DNA from: a bacterium
GTDB taxonomy: Bacteria > Patescibacteriota > Minisyncoccia > Phycocordibacterales > CAIZLB01
DNA: 39,441 nucleotides
NCBI GenBank assembly: GCA_043718245.1
Contig: JAYSWB010000042.1
Span: forward strand, 1 to 39,441
Reading direction: 5' to 3'
This document shows positions 20,652-29,504 of the stretch, one piece after another. Position 1 is the first letter of the stretch. The number at the start of each line of letters is the position of its first letter. A program made the translations under genes and the position numbers. The notes beneath the pieces are model-generated. The model saw only the letters and a list, made by a program, of their open reading frames with translations. It was not told where the DNA came from and made no database searches.

Positions 20652-20722
20652 TGGGGGATCGTCTAATGGTAGGACATTTGCCTTTGGCGCAAAGTATCGG
20701 GGTTCGAGTCCCTGTCCCCCAG
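20652..20722 (+). tRNA. tRNA-Gln (anticodon UUG)
   Basis: Cloverleaf read by eye: acceptor TGGGGGA/TCCCCCA (U1-A72), D stem GTCT/GGAC, anticodon stem TTTGC/GCAAA with loop CTTTGGC, T arm CGGGG-TTCGAGT-CCCTG, discriminator G. No encoded CCA. Confidence 0.9.
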
Positions 20723-20752
20723 CACGTGAAGAAGCACTTTATTTAGAAAATT

Positions 20753-21916
20753 ATGTATTGCCTAGTAAATATTCCAGAGTACATTTTAAAAGACGAATAT
20801 ATAAAATACAGACCGCTAAATGAAGTTGGTGAAAATACAGGCAATTGCTTATTCTGGGAGTCTACAAAAAATATACTCAGAAAAGAAAACAATAATTTGC
20901 TATCGATAGAGAAATACCTTGCGGAACCTGAGCACTATAAAGATAGAATTTCAAAAGTTGTATTTGTTTGTGCTAATTTAATAAGTAATTATGACATTAA
21001 AAGCACAGGATTAAATTATTGGAATGATAAAGTAAAAAAAATATTAGATTCTCACTTGCAAACTTTAAATTCTATAAAGTGTAAAAAATATTTGATTTCA
21101 ATTGGGGCACAATCAAATAATTTACAGTTTTTTAAATTTAAAAAAAATCAGAAAGAAGTTCTTGAAAGCTTTTTTTCTTGTTTTGACGTCGTATATCTAA
21201 GAGGGCAGTATACCTATGATTTACTAAAATATAATGAAATTAATTCACCTCACATAACAAGTGTAGGTTGCCCCTCTTTGTTACTAAAGCCTATAGATAC
21301 AACTAAATTGAAATTAAAATTAGATAAAATAAAAGAACTGCACATAAGTCAAATAAAAGTAGGTATTGTTGCCGGCAGTATGGTAGGTAGAAAGGATATA
21401 AGTAGCCATTTTGTTGCATTGATGTGTGATAAAACCATTCATACTTTGGTTCAATCAGGTCAAGATTGGTTAAAATTCATTAAAAAAGAATCATTTCTTC
21501 CACCTATTGAAAGTCTCGTTAAAATTCAAGAAGGCTTGATTAATGTATTAAAGTTTTTTTTCTTAAAACTAGGGATTGCAAAAAATAGGAATAATTTTGT
21601 ATATAATGACAATTGTCTTGAATCGATAGATTATTTTAAGAATAATGTGCATTGTATGATAACCACAAGGATTCATGGCGCTGTGCTGGGAACTTTAGCA
21701 GGTGTGCCAACTCTGTGCCTTGTGACCGACAGTAGAACCTATGAATTATGTGAGCAAATGGGCATTCCATATATAAATTGTATAACTAATCCAAAATACT
21801 TTAAAAATAAGAAAGAATTAATAAGAATTTTTCTAAATAATTGCATTTACTCTGACAAGATAGATCGAACCGTTGAAAATATGAAAGAAAAGTATGCTGT
21901 CATTAGTCGAGTCTAG
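20753..21916 (+). CDS. polysaccharide pyruvyl transferase family protein
   Basis: C-terminal ITTRIHGAVLGTLAGVPTLCL motif typical of the family. Very AT-rich gene. Confidence 0.65.
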   Translation: MYCLVNIPEYILKDEYIKYRPLNEVGENTGNCLFWESTKNILRKENNNLLSIEKYLAEPEHYKDRISKVVFVCANLISNYDIKSTGLNYWNDKVKKILDSHLQTLNSIKCKKYLISIGAQSNNLQFFKFKKNQKEVLESFFSCFDVVYLRGQYTYDLLKYNEINSPHITSVGCPSLLLKPIDTTKLKLKLDKIKELHISQIKVGIVAGSMVGRKDISSHFVALMCDKTIHTLVQSGQDWLKFIKKESFLPPIESLVKIQEGLINVLKFFFLKLGIAKNRNNFVYNDNCLESIDYFKNNVHCMITTRIHGAVLGTLAGVPTLCLVTDSRTYELCEQMGIPYINCITNPKYFKNKKELIRIFLNNCIYSDKIDRTVENMKEKYAVISRV

Positions 21917-22003
21917 TTTTAAAATATAGTTTTTTGGTGACATGTTTTTGAACATATATATAAATTTAGAAACCCCCTATAAGTATAAACTGCATCAAAT
22001 AAA

Positions 22004-22073
22004 GGGGATCGTCTAATGGTAGGACATTTGCCTTTGGCGCAAAGTATCGGGGTTCGAGTCCCTGTCCCCCAGC
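22004..22073 (+). repeat. 70-bp perfect direct repeat: 5'-truncated second copy of tRNA-Gln (att-like)
   Basis: Identical to 20654-20723. The first two acceptor nucleotides are AA instead of TG, giving two terminal mismatches. Confidence 0.9.
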
Positions 22074-23626
22074 TAATCTTTGGAATTTTCTTGTGATTCT
22101 AGTATGACCGCTTTATTGCTTGATATTTTCGGTTCGAGAGTAAATTCCTCACTATTAAGTGTATTTACACGCTCAACAATGAACTGGAACGCCTTGTTAA
22201 AGACAGGTGTTACGATTTTATCTTTCAAACGTAGCTCGGCAAAAACAATTGAGAGTAATTTTCGTTTCTTCTCGGGTGATGCCTTTTCTGTATACAACTC
22301 TCTTGCTCGCTGGGTTAAATCTAAAATGGTTGAACCAAGTTCAATATAGCTAATATTTGCATCCTGGTGTCTTTTGGTTGCGCTAAGAATTTCATTAACT
22401 TCGATTGTGTATTGGGCAAATTTTCTTTCGTAAAATTCAGGACTGATTTTCTTATCAATCTTTTCATCATATAAAGTGTCGATTTTCTGTTGGGTACGAG
22501 TATGTCGGCTATTCAATTCCTGTAACGCAGTAGTGTGGTAAACAATTTCATCAGCATGACTTTCTTTAAGCGCTTTTTTAAGCCAATCGGCAAGTCGTTG
22601 ATTTTTGATTTGAAGTTTATCTAAGTGGGTTAAAATCTGTTCCTCAATCTTTTCTTCACGAGTGTAACTTCGCTGAGTACAAGGTGTCTCATATTTAGTG
22701 CAACGATAATAGACATGGCTCTTGTGATTTTCACCACAAATTGAACGCTCGCATTCCTCGCATTTTATTAACCCTGCAAACAAAAAGGCGTTCTTCTTTG
22801 CTTTGCCAGTAATCTTTTTCTCCATACGAGCTTGGACCCGATAAAAGAGCTCGCTGGAAATTAGTGATTCATGTTTTGCATTTTTATAATGAGCGCCATT
22901 CCATAAAAACTCACCACAGTAAAAACAGTCTTTTAAAATCTTATGCATCTCTGATTTTGCAATTGGTCTGCCAGACTTTGACTTCCAGCCTTCTTTAAAT
23001 AGGTGTTTCCCGAGAGTGTGGGTTGTGAATTCTCCTGTATCGTAAAGCTCGAACGCCTTTTTGATGTAGCCAGCCTCTGACGTCTCAGTTGTATTTATAA
23101 CCCACATTTTGTGACCAATTTCTCCAATTGTTGAATACCCTCGTTTCGCATTGCCAGGGTAAGAATTCTGCGACGCTTTTTCATTAAGGCCTTTTCTGGT
23201 TTCTTCAGAGAGGTTGTTACTGTATTGTCTCGCTAGAACCAAATATATATCCCATTGAAATTTCTCATGAGACTTGGCATTTTTATGGATAATTAAACTT
23301 TGTTTTACAAAGTGAATCTGTCTTTCTTCATCCTGATTTAACCAATCATCTAATTTTTGTGCGTCTTTAAATGTTCTGCTGATTCTGTCTACTTTTTCCG
23401 ATAACACAATTTTTATTTCAGGGTGCTCATCCAGATAATCCATCATTCGATTGAATTCTTTTCTCTCTTGTTTTCCACTTGCAGATTCAGGGACCACAAA
23501 CTTCTCAGCAAAAGTAAAACCTTTGCGTAAACCGTACTCTTCAAGAAGTTTTTTCTGAGCATCTAGGGAGTAGCCTTCTTCTGCCTGTTCTTTTGTGCTC
23601 ACACGAGCTGTTAAAATTGCTAGCAT
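22073..23626 (-). CDS. large serine recombinase (integrase type)
   Basis: N-terminal resolvase domain with ARVSTKEQ, a recombinase domain, a Cys-rich zinc ribbon (CEECERSICGENHKSHVYYRC), and a C-terminal coiled coil. Confidence 0.9.
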   Translation of the reverse strand: MLAILTARVSTKEQAEEGYSLDAQKKLLEEYGLRKGFTFAEKFVVPESASGKQERKEFNRMMDYLDEHPEIKIVLSEKVDRISRTFKDAQKLDDWLNQDEERQIHFVKQSLIIHKNAKSHEKFQWDIYLVLARQYSNNLSEETRKGLNEKASQNSYPGNAKRGYSTIGEIGHKMWVINTTETSEAGYIKKAFELYDTGEFTTHTLGKHLFKEGWKSKSGRPIAKSEMHKILKDCFYCGEFLWNGAHYKNAKHESLISSELFYRVQARMEKKITGKAKKNAFLFAGLIKCEECERSICGENHKSHVYYRCTKYETPCTQRSYTREEKIEEQILTHLDKLQIKNQRLADWLKKALKESHADEIVYHTTALQELNSRHTRTQQKIDTLYDEKIDKKISPEFYERKFAQYTIEVNEILSATKRHQDANISYIELGSTILDLTQRARELYTEKASPEKKRKLLSIVFAELRLKDKIVTPVFNKAFQFIVERVNTLNSEEFTLEPKISSNKAVILESQENSKD

Positions 23627-23639
23627 ACTATAGTTGGTA

Positions 23640-24140
23640 TTATACGCCTTTCGCAGGCTTTTGGATACTTAGAGTACTTCTCAATAATTGCTCCTCTCTA
23701 AGCCTCTCCAGAGCCTTTTGGAAGCCTTTTTCAAGTTCAAATTGATATTGAATGATGTCCTTAATTTCCTGACTATCTATACGGACCTTTTTAATATTGC
23801 GTACACGTTTCCTGCTTGAGGAACCCCAGGATTCATCAAGGTTCTCTTCCTCGCTAATTTCATTCTTTTGGTTTAGTAGGTTTCTTTCAATCTCCATTGC
23901 ACGTTTTCGTTTCCATATGTAAGAAATAATTTTTTCACACAAAACTTTTTCTATTTCTGTTTGAGTAAGGGTCTCTGCTAGTATCTTATCCCTCATTTCC
24001 TCGAATTCTCGGAGGTTTTCACCCTTAATCAGTAGTTTTTTAGCCAGCTGGCTACGCTTTAAGGGACCTTTAAAAGGCGGTATCTCTTCTTGGGTTTTCT
24101 TAACCTCGCTTATTCCATTGTTATTTGCTTTTATTTTCAT
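23640..24140 (-). CDS. hypothetical charged/coiled-coil protein
   Basis: 166-aa ORF overlapping the upstream gene by 20 nt. No family recognised. Confidence 0.55.
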   Translation of the reverse strand: MKIKANNNGISEVKKTQEEIPPFKGPLKRSQLAKKLLIKGENLREFEEMRDKILAETLTQTEIEKVLCEKIISYIWKRKRAMEIERNLLNQKNEISEEENLDESWGSSSRKRVRNIKKVRIDSQEIKDIIQYQFELEKGFQKALERLREEQLLRSTLSIQKPAKGV

Positions 24141-26379
24141 GGTTTAAAAATTCATTAAATTCATCGAAGTCTCCTTGTGAAAACGGGGGAGCGATGGGAG
24201 CGGTGTTTTCTCCCTTATTATGGCCTTTTCTATATATAATGATTTTACGTTTTTGACCACCAACTCTCTCGATGATGATTCCATACTCCTCTAAGTTGGT
24301 TTTAAGGATATTAATTTGGTAGCTGAGGGCCTGCGGTGTTTTTGGGAGTTCTATGCGTCTATTATCGTCAAATTTGAGTTCCATCATCTTTAGCAATTCT
24401 GAAGCACTGCCCTCCCAATAAGATTTTTCTTCTATTAGGTCTATTACAAACGTAGCAATGAAATTTTGGCTAACGATTTCTTCATTTTGGAGTTCAATAT
24501 TTCGGAAGTAACTTTCTATGAATCTGTCCCCACCGTATCCAAGTGCATCGGCAATAGCATGTCCCCAAAGGGCGAAATCAGCCATACGGGGTGTTTCTGC
24601 TAGCTTAACAGAGAAACGTAGCCTAAGAGCGCCAACTACGGCATCCATTATTGCCCCAAGCAATCCAGGAAGGTCAGCATCGAATGCTTTCATAAGTTCC
24701 TGCTCATTCTTGCGTTCAGTTTTCGATACTCTTTCAAGCTCAATCAATAGGCTTCTCTCTAGTAAATCTGGTTTAATTGCCATTAAGTTAACTCCATTTA
24801 CACTAATACACCTCTTAAAGGTATAGATAATATCGCTGTCATCGCTGTATAGCTCTCGTTTGGAGAAACCGCTTCCTGTGACAGCACGGCACAAAATATC
24901 TGATAAGTTTGATGAAATACCTGATATGTTATCGAACATAAGACCCCAGTGATGTGAAAGTTTTTGGACTAATTCCTTTTGGTCTTTTGGAATTTCAAAC
25001 GTTTCAATTTTAGAGGGGTCAATTATTTTTTTGGTAACCCTAGAAGCTGTTGATTTTGCAGACCCTTGCGGACCGTAAATATAAAGAATCGGGTGGGGGA
25101 AGTCTGGGATGAAGCATGATATGAGCCAAACCAAAAATAATATTTTGTGGTCTTCATTTTTAACGTTCACATATTTGAAAATATTCCAGATGTTTCCACC
25201 ATTTTGTGGTTTCACCTGCGAAGTTTGGTGGGTCTGCCTGCGAAAAAGAATTGGCACTTCTTTCACGATACTCCACCCATTTTGCGTAATGTGTACGGCT
25301 TCCCATTCATCATTACTTAGACAATAAAATATATCCCCATCCTTAAAGGCGGTTCTATTAGATAAGTTAAATTTTTTACCATCAAAAGTAGCGAAGCCTT
25401 GGAGGGTGGTAAGTGCATTGTTAATTGCATCGGCATTAGGAGATTTTTGGTATAAATTCCAAAATTCGTGCGCAAGCCACCATTTAGTCCTTTTGTCCTT
25501 ACAGGACCAATATTCTTTATGATTTTGAATAGGAAAGCAAATAAATGGTTCATCAAGCTCGCTATGAAAAAGTGTGACTTCTGGATTTTCTTTCACTAAA
25601 TTGACAAGTTTGTCTGCTTGGGTAGTCACTTTCTTTTCAGAAGATTCTTCCATATGGTAGCTTTTAATACTTTCCCAAATCGTTCCCAACTCAATATCTT
25701 CAAGAGGGGGTATATTTTTACTGTTCCAAATCTGGAATTGTTGCAATCCAATTGTGTCCCACAGTTTTGAATTACATGAGGATAATATTTTTCCAGCCAT
25801 TGATGCCGCCGTTTCGTTCCTAGAACCTTCACTGGTACCATTTGAGCCAGCTAGCCACTTCTTATCTTTTTTATCTGGTCCTTTAAGGAGCCATTCTGGG
25901 GCATCTGCGATACCATCTTCAAAAGGAGATATCCATTCATATTTTCCACCTGTGCTGTTGATTGAGGGAGGAAGCACTATACACCCACCATCACCACGGA
26001 TATCAACACCCAAACCCGATATCGCAGTCCTTGTTTCTACATTAGTACCTGGGTGCTTAAAGTAAAAGTGCTCTCCATCATTCCCTGATTTAGCATTTGC
26101 CGTTTTAGGAATATCGAATTCTGATGACTTTCTCCCATGTTTCTTATCTAAGTCTAAAGCAATTATTCCAGAGAGCTTACCTGTTACAAGGGTGGGATTT
26201 GCATCGGGCCATTTTGTCCACCACATTATTATTTGTTCAGCATCAGCGGACTTAGATTGAAACTGCTTCCACTCTACAAGTGGTATTTTTTCAGGTGAGG
26301 TTGGAATAATACTCAAACCCATCGCTTGGTATCTAAGGGCGGCCGAAAGTTTTTCATTTTGTATTGCGTTCTGATTCAT
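24121..26379 (-). CDS. bifunctional primase-polymerase (PrimPol) fused to a P-loop NTPase/helicase-like domain
   Basis: N-terminal LSIIPT...LVEWK, ALDLDKKHG (DxD), GEHFYFKH and IRGDGGCIVLPPS. Central Walker A YGPQGSAKST. Confidence 0.85.
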   Translation of the reverse strand: MNQNAIQNEKLSAALRYQAMGLSIIPTSPEKIPLVEWKQFQSKSADAEQIIMWWTKWPDANPTLVTGKLSGIIALDLDKKHGRKSSEFDIPKTANAKSGNDGEHFYFKHPGTNVETRTAISGLGVDIRGDGGCIVLPPSINSTGGKYEWISPFEDGIADAPEWLLKGPDKKDKKWLAGSNGTSEGSRNETAASMAGKILSSCNSKLWDTIGLQQFQIWNSKNIPPLEDIELGTIWESIKSYHMEESSEKKVTTQADKLVNLVKENPEVTLFHSELDEPFICFPIQNHKEYWSCKDKRTKWWLAHEFWNLYQKSPNADAINNALTTLQGFATFDGKKFNLSNRTAFKDGDIFYCLSNDEWEAVHITQNGWSIVKEVPILFRRQTHQTSQVKPQNGGNIWNIFKYVNVKNEDHKILFLVWLISCFIPDFPHPILYIYGPQGSAKSTASRVTKKIIDPSKIETFEIPKDQKELVQKLSHHWGLMFDNISGISSNLSDILCRAVTGSGFSKRELYSDDSDIIYTFKRCISVNGVNLMAIKPDLLERSLLIELERVSKTERKNEQELMKAFDADLPGLLGAIMDAVVGALRLRFSVKLAETPRMADFALWGHAIADALGYGGDRFIESYFRNIELQNEEIVSQNFIATFVIDLIEEKSYWEGSASELLKMMELKFDDNRRIELPKTPQALSYQINILKTNLEEYGIIIERVGGQKRKIIIYRKGHNKGENTAPIAPPFSQGDFDEFNEFLNHENKSK

Positions 26380-26383
26380 GGAG

Positions 26384-26683
26384 TTACAAATTATTTTCCG
26401 AACCGTCTAATACTGCTGGAAATAGTGTGCACATGATTCCATTTGCACTTAATTTTGATACAGCATCTAGATAGAGCTTTTTGTGTTCATACGCTTCTAA
26501 AACTAACTCAACTATTTCAGGTGTATATATTCTCTCTAAAGCAGTTCTTGTTTTACTCTGGTCCAATTTATCTCCACATTCGTGACAGCGGACCTGGAGG
26601 TCCCATGAATGAATTACTCCTGAAACAGTTATTGGACTTTCGTGATGTTCGCAGAAGGTTGCGGTGTGATTACATTTTGACAT
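26384..26683 (-). CDS. small Cys/His (zinc-ribbon-like) protein
   Basis: 99-aa ORF with CNH...CEHH and CHECGDK pairs. Confidence 0.5.
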   Translation of the reverse strand: MSKCNHTATFCEHHESPITVSGVIHSWDLQVRCHECGDKLDQSKTRTALERIYTPEIVELVLEAYEHKKLYLDAVSKLSANGIMCTLFPAVLDGSENNL

Positions 26684-26829
26684 ATTTTTTTATTATTAAT
26701 TTCTGATAAAGCTTCAATAAGCTTAACTAACGAAGTAGCAATATTAGAGGCCTCTTCTTTAGAGTACTCATAGCCGAACTCCTCAAGAAGGATAGTTTTT
26801 AAGTCTAAAATTGTTGCTTCTGATAACAT
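26629..26829 (-). CDS. small hypothetical protein
   Basis: 66-aa ORF whose 3' end overlaps the next ORF by 55 nt. Confidence 0.4.
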   Translation of the reverse strand: MLSEATILDLKTILLEEFGYEYSKEEASNIATSLVKLIEALSEINNKKICQNVITPQPSANITKVQ

Positions 26830-26833
26830 AAAT

Positions 26834-26884
26834 CCGCCCTTTCTATGATGGACCTGAACGCTAGGTCCACCAAAGAAAAGGCGG
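26834..26884. promoter_or_regulatory. 51-nt two-tier hairpin abutting the start codon of 26629..26829
   Basis: Outer stem CCGCCCTTTCT/AGAAAAGGCGG (10 of 11 pairs). Inner stem TGGACCT/AGGTCCA with a 7-nt loop. Ends 4 nt from the ATG. Confidence 0.5.
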
Positions 26885-26987
26885 GTTGGCGTTCAATTTT
26901 TACCAAAATAAAGGCGTAGTGCGATTGTAGCAAGCCAATAAATCTAGTCGTTGTAATCAGGCTATATCCGATTATGTCTTTCTATTT

Positions 26988-27812
26988 CTACCGAATTTTC
27001 CTTAATTTCGTGAGCTCTTTTTCCAATTCATCGTAATCAATCTTGATGTTTTTTAACTCGGATTCTGGTATGTCATTCCTGAATTCAATTGCACTAGACG
27101 ATACATTAGGGAAGAATAATTTACGTAACTCACCAACAAATTTAAGGTCGCCGAGAATCTGGTGAAATGTTTTCTCGATTATATTTTTAGTCGTGGCCCT
27201 GTATTGTTCTTTTGTTATCTTTTGTCTTGGTGTCTTAAAAATGAATCCGAAGAAATTGTCGTTCTCACTATTAAAATCAGGTTTAGTTAAAAGGTATTTA
27301 TTATTAAGTATTATATTTCTATCATCGTATGTTATCCAGTATTTTATGTTTTCTGCACCCATATCCTCGTTCCCATTTTTGTCCACGCTTTCTTCTTTCA
27401 ATGTAAAGGCTTCACTTTTAATTTTCTCAGATATTTTTTTAAAATTAAGTGGGAGCAATAATTCAGTAAAGGGTGCTTCCTCACCCGTGTATTCTTTTTC
27501 TAGCTCAATAACGGCCAGGGAAAGGTTTGTATAATCAAAAACTTTTTTAATTTGTATCTCTGGATTCTTTCTCGCTAAATATCGGAGTGTCATATCAAAA
27601 TCCTCAAAATGTATGCCAATATCCTCAACGTCTCGGAGCATGATAAGGATTCTCAATCCGTCTTTAGTTTTGAAATCAGGTCGAATGCTAGGAGTAATTT
27701 CAAATTTGCGCTCAAGCAAGTTGATAATCTTTAAAATATCTCTACCGAGTGCGTCAGTCGGGGCGTTCATAATTAAAATCCTACTCTCTTTTTGGGGTAA
27801 TAACAATGCCAC
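26988..27812 (-). CDS. hypothetical protein
   Basis: 274-aa ORF (alternative ATG at 27770). No family recognised. Confidence 0.6.
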   Translation of the reverse strand: MALLLPQKESRILIMNAPTDALGRDILKIINLLERKFEITPSIRPDFKTKDGLRILIMLRDVEDIGIHFEDFDMTLRYLARKNPEIQIKKVFDYTNLSLAVIELEKEYTGEEAPFTELLLPLNFKKISEKIKSEAFTLKEESVDKNGNEDMGAENIKYWITYDDRNIILNNKYLLTKPDFNSENDNFFGFIFKTPRQKITKEQYRATTKNIIEKTFHQILGDLKFVGELRKLFFPNVSSSAIEFRNDIPESELKNIKIDYDELEKELTKLRKIR

Positions 27813-27831
27813 TTAACTTGTAAAAATTACC

Positions 27832-28044
27832 CTAAGAGCGTAACAATTCCCAGGGCTCCATGTTCATTGCCCTTGCGATATCTTCAAGAGTTGTAATGGT
27901 TACATTCCTTTCGCCCCTTTCTAGCATAACGATAAAATTTCGGCTTAATCGAGCCTTCTCAGCTAGGGCCTCTTGAGAAAGGTTACGTTTCAGTCTCTCT
28001 ACCCGCAATTTTGCGGAAAACTTCTTTAAGATTTGGTTGGTCAT
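27832..28044 (-). CDS. XRE-family helix-turn-helix transcriptional regulator
   Basis: LSQEALAEKARLSRNFIVMLERGERNVTITTLEDIARAM. Start set to ATG 28044 rather than the upstream TTG. Confidence 0.85.
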   Translation of the reverse strand: MTNQILKKFSAKLRVERLKRNLSQEALAEKARLSRNFIVMLERGERNVTITTLEDIARAMNMEPWELLRS

Positions 28045-28047
28045 AAC

Positions 28048-28097
28048 TACACTAAAAGTGTAGAGGTTTGACAACTATAGTTCTACCAACTATAGTT
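28048..28097. promoter_or_regulatory. divergent switch region: rightward promoter overlapped by palindromic operators
   Basis: TACACT-aaa-AGTGTA (28048-28062). TTGACA (28068-28073), 17-nt spacer, TATAGT (28091-28096). AACTATAGTT at 28073-28082 and again at 28088-28097. Confidence 0.6.
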
Positions 28098-28133
28098 GGT
28101 ATGTTACACACAGGAATAAGGCTTGGTGCTGTT

Positions 28134-28250
28134 ATGAAAAATCTGAATAAAAACATCGGTGAAATAGCATACGGAATAGGGAGGTTAGTTATTATTTTGT
28201 TTGTTGTGCTGATTTTTCTTATGGGTTTTGGCAGGCTACTTGGTTACTAA
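28134..28250 (+). CDS. possible small membrane peptide
   Basis: 38-aa ORF with one hydrophobic helix, the first ORF after the rightward promoter. An in-frame ATG at 28101 is also possible. Confidence 0.3.
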   Translation: MKNLNKNIGEIAYGIGRLVIILFVVLIFLMGFGRLLGY

Positions 28251-28260
28251 TAAAATCTCC

Positions 28261-29094
28261 ATGTTTAATTTAATGAAAGAATCTAACAATAGAGGATTCA
28301 TACAAATACCGATTTTAATAAGCATTATTCTAGGAGTGGTTGTGATAGGAGGTGCAAGTTATATTGGAATTAATAAATATCAGACTTCAAAAAAAGAAGA
28401 TGCCGATAAGGTGGCTCAAATCGACATACTCTCTAAAAAAATTGAAGTTTTAGAAAACCAACAAGCTACAACTACGAATAATCAAAAAACAAACACTGAT
28501 GAATCAGGCATAACTAAGGTCGTTGAAAGAATAATTGAGAGGCCAGTTGTCATTCAACAAAAAAGTGAAAGTACACCAGTTGTTCCTCATGTACAGGTTC
28601 AAGTTGTTGCCTCTACAACTGTAGATACTAAAAAAGCCGAAAAGGTGGCATTTGATATCTTTTGGCAAAACTCGCAAAAGGCGCTTAATGAATTTAATTC
28701 TGCAACAAAATATTTAACAGACGCACTAAATGGTCTCAATAAGTCATCGTATTCTACATCTATAGCCTATGCACAAAATGCGATTGATTCATGCAACTCT
28801 GGATACCAGGTGAATTTAAATAACAATGTCCCAACACTACCGTTTAGTGCAGATTTGACCAAAGCTAATCAAATAATCTCTACCCTCGGTGCAAAATGTA
28901 AGCAGATGGCACAGGCATATCAAGAATCATTTAAAAATTATGCTGACGTACAGGCGGACCCGTACAAGCCTTTTACTGCAGTAGACCTTGCTACAAAAGG
29001 AAGCAATTTTATGAACGAGTTTTATGATATTTGGAAAAACCAACTCGGTCCAGCGAGTGACAAGGTCGTAAAGAGTGCCGAAGGTTATTTTTAA
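28261..29094 (+). CDS. N-terminally membrane-anchored protein of unknown function
   Basis: Start at ATG 28261. TM helix IQIPILISIILGVVVIGG, then a Thr/Gln-rich linker and a helical domain. Confidence 0.65.
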   Translation: MFNLMKESNNRGFIQIPILISIILGVVVIGGASYIGINKYQTSKKEDADKVAQIDILSKKIEVLENQQATTTNNQKTNTDESGITKVVERIIERPVVIQQKSESTPVVPHVQVQVVASTTVDTKKAEKVAFDIFWQNSQKALNEFNSATKYLTDALNGLNKSSYSTSIAYAQNAIDSCNSGYQVNLNNNVPTLPFSADLTKANQIISTLGAKCKQMAQAYQESFKNYADVQADPYKPFTAVDLATKGSNFMNEFYDIWKNQLGPASDKVVKSAEGYF

Positions 29095-29122
29095 TCATTA
29101 TTAAAATTCTAAATATCAAAAT

Positions 29123-29338
29123 ATGCCAACATTTAAAATAATTATTGCAGTAATCATCTTTAGTTTCCTAAGCTATACGGTTCTACCTACGATAGCTAAA
29201 AAACTTAGACTTAAAGATAGTGAAAGGTTAAAAAGCACACTACCAATCACAGCAAATGCAAAAGCTGGTTTGGTCATTCTTGCAGTTATTATTATATTTT
29301 TTGTGATTGTTGGTATCACTCAGTCTACAGGTATTTGA
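29123..29338 (+). CDS. small two-helix membrane protein
   Basis: 71-aa ORF with two hydrophobic segments. Confidence 0.5.
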   Translation: MPTFKIIIAVIIFSFLSYTVLPTIAKKLRLKDSERLKSTLPITANAKAGLVILAVIIIFFVIVGITQSTGI

Positions 29339-29504
29339 TTAGAGATTTGTGTTTACCTGTGACATAATTCACCCAAATCAGTATGCTCAGGTCAAACCGA
29401 TTTTATAACTAATGAGGAGTTCAGAAACGGTACTTTACATTTCTCCAGATTCATGATTAAATGATGAAGGATTCCCAATTCACAACCAACCCAAAAACCT
29501 ACTC

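Larger units (their letters stand above)
22004..28097. mobile_element. integrative element core (serine recombinase, PrimPol-helicase, XRE switch); right boundary unknown
   Basis: Recombinase abuts the tRNA repeat. Replication and regulation genes are co-oriented, and a divergent promoter/operator sits at 28048-28097. Confidence 0.5.

Noticed and set aside
26629-26700. An A7 tract (AAAAAAA) in the 55-nt overlap between ORFs 26629..26829 and 26384..26683, considered as a programmed frameshift site.
   Set aside because: The downstream ORF has its own ATG right after the tract. No stimulatory structure was seen, and A-runs are common in this AT-rich DNA.
28068-28133. TTG-initiated extensions of ORFs in the track (28068 start of the 60-aa ORF, 28074 start of XRE, 28228 start of the membrane protein, 33616 start of dinB, 11551 and 13090 starts of the pilins).
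   Set aside because: In-frame ATG codons downstream fit the promoters, the gene overlaps, or the conserved N-terminal motifs (prepilin signal, dinB MYKVIVHFDGD) better. Coordinates were trimmed accordingly.
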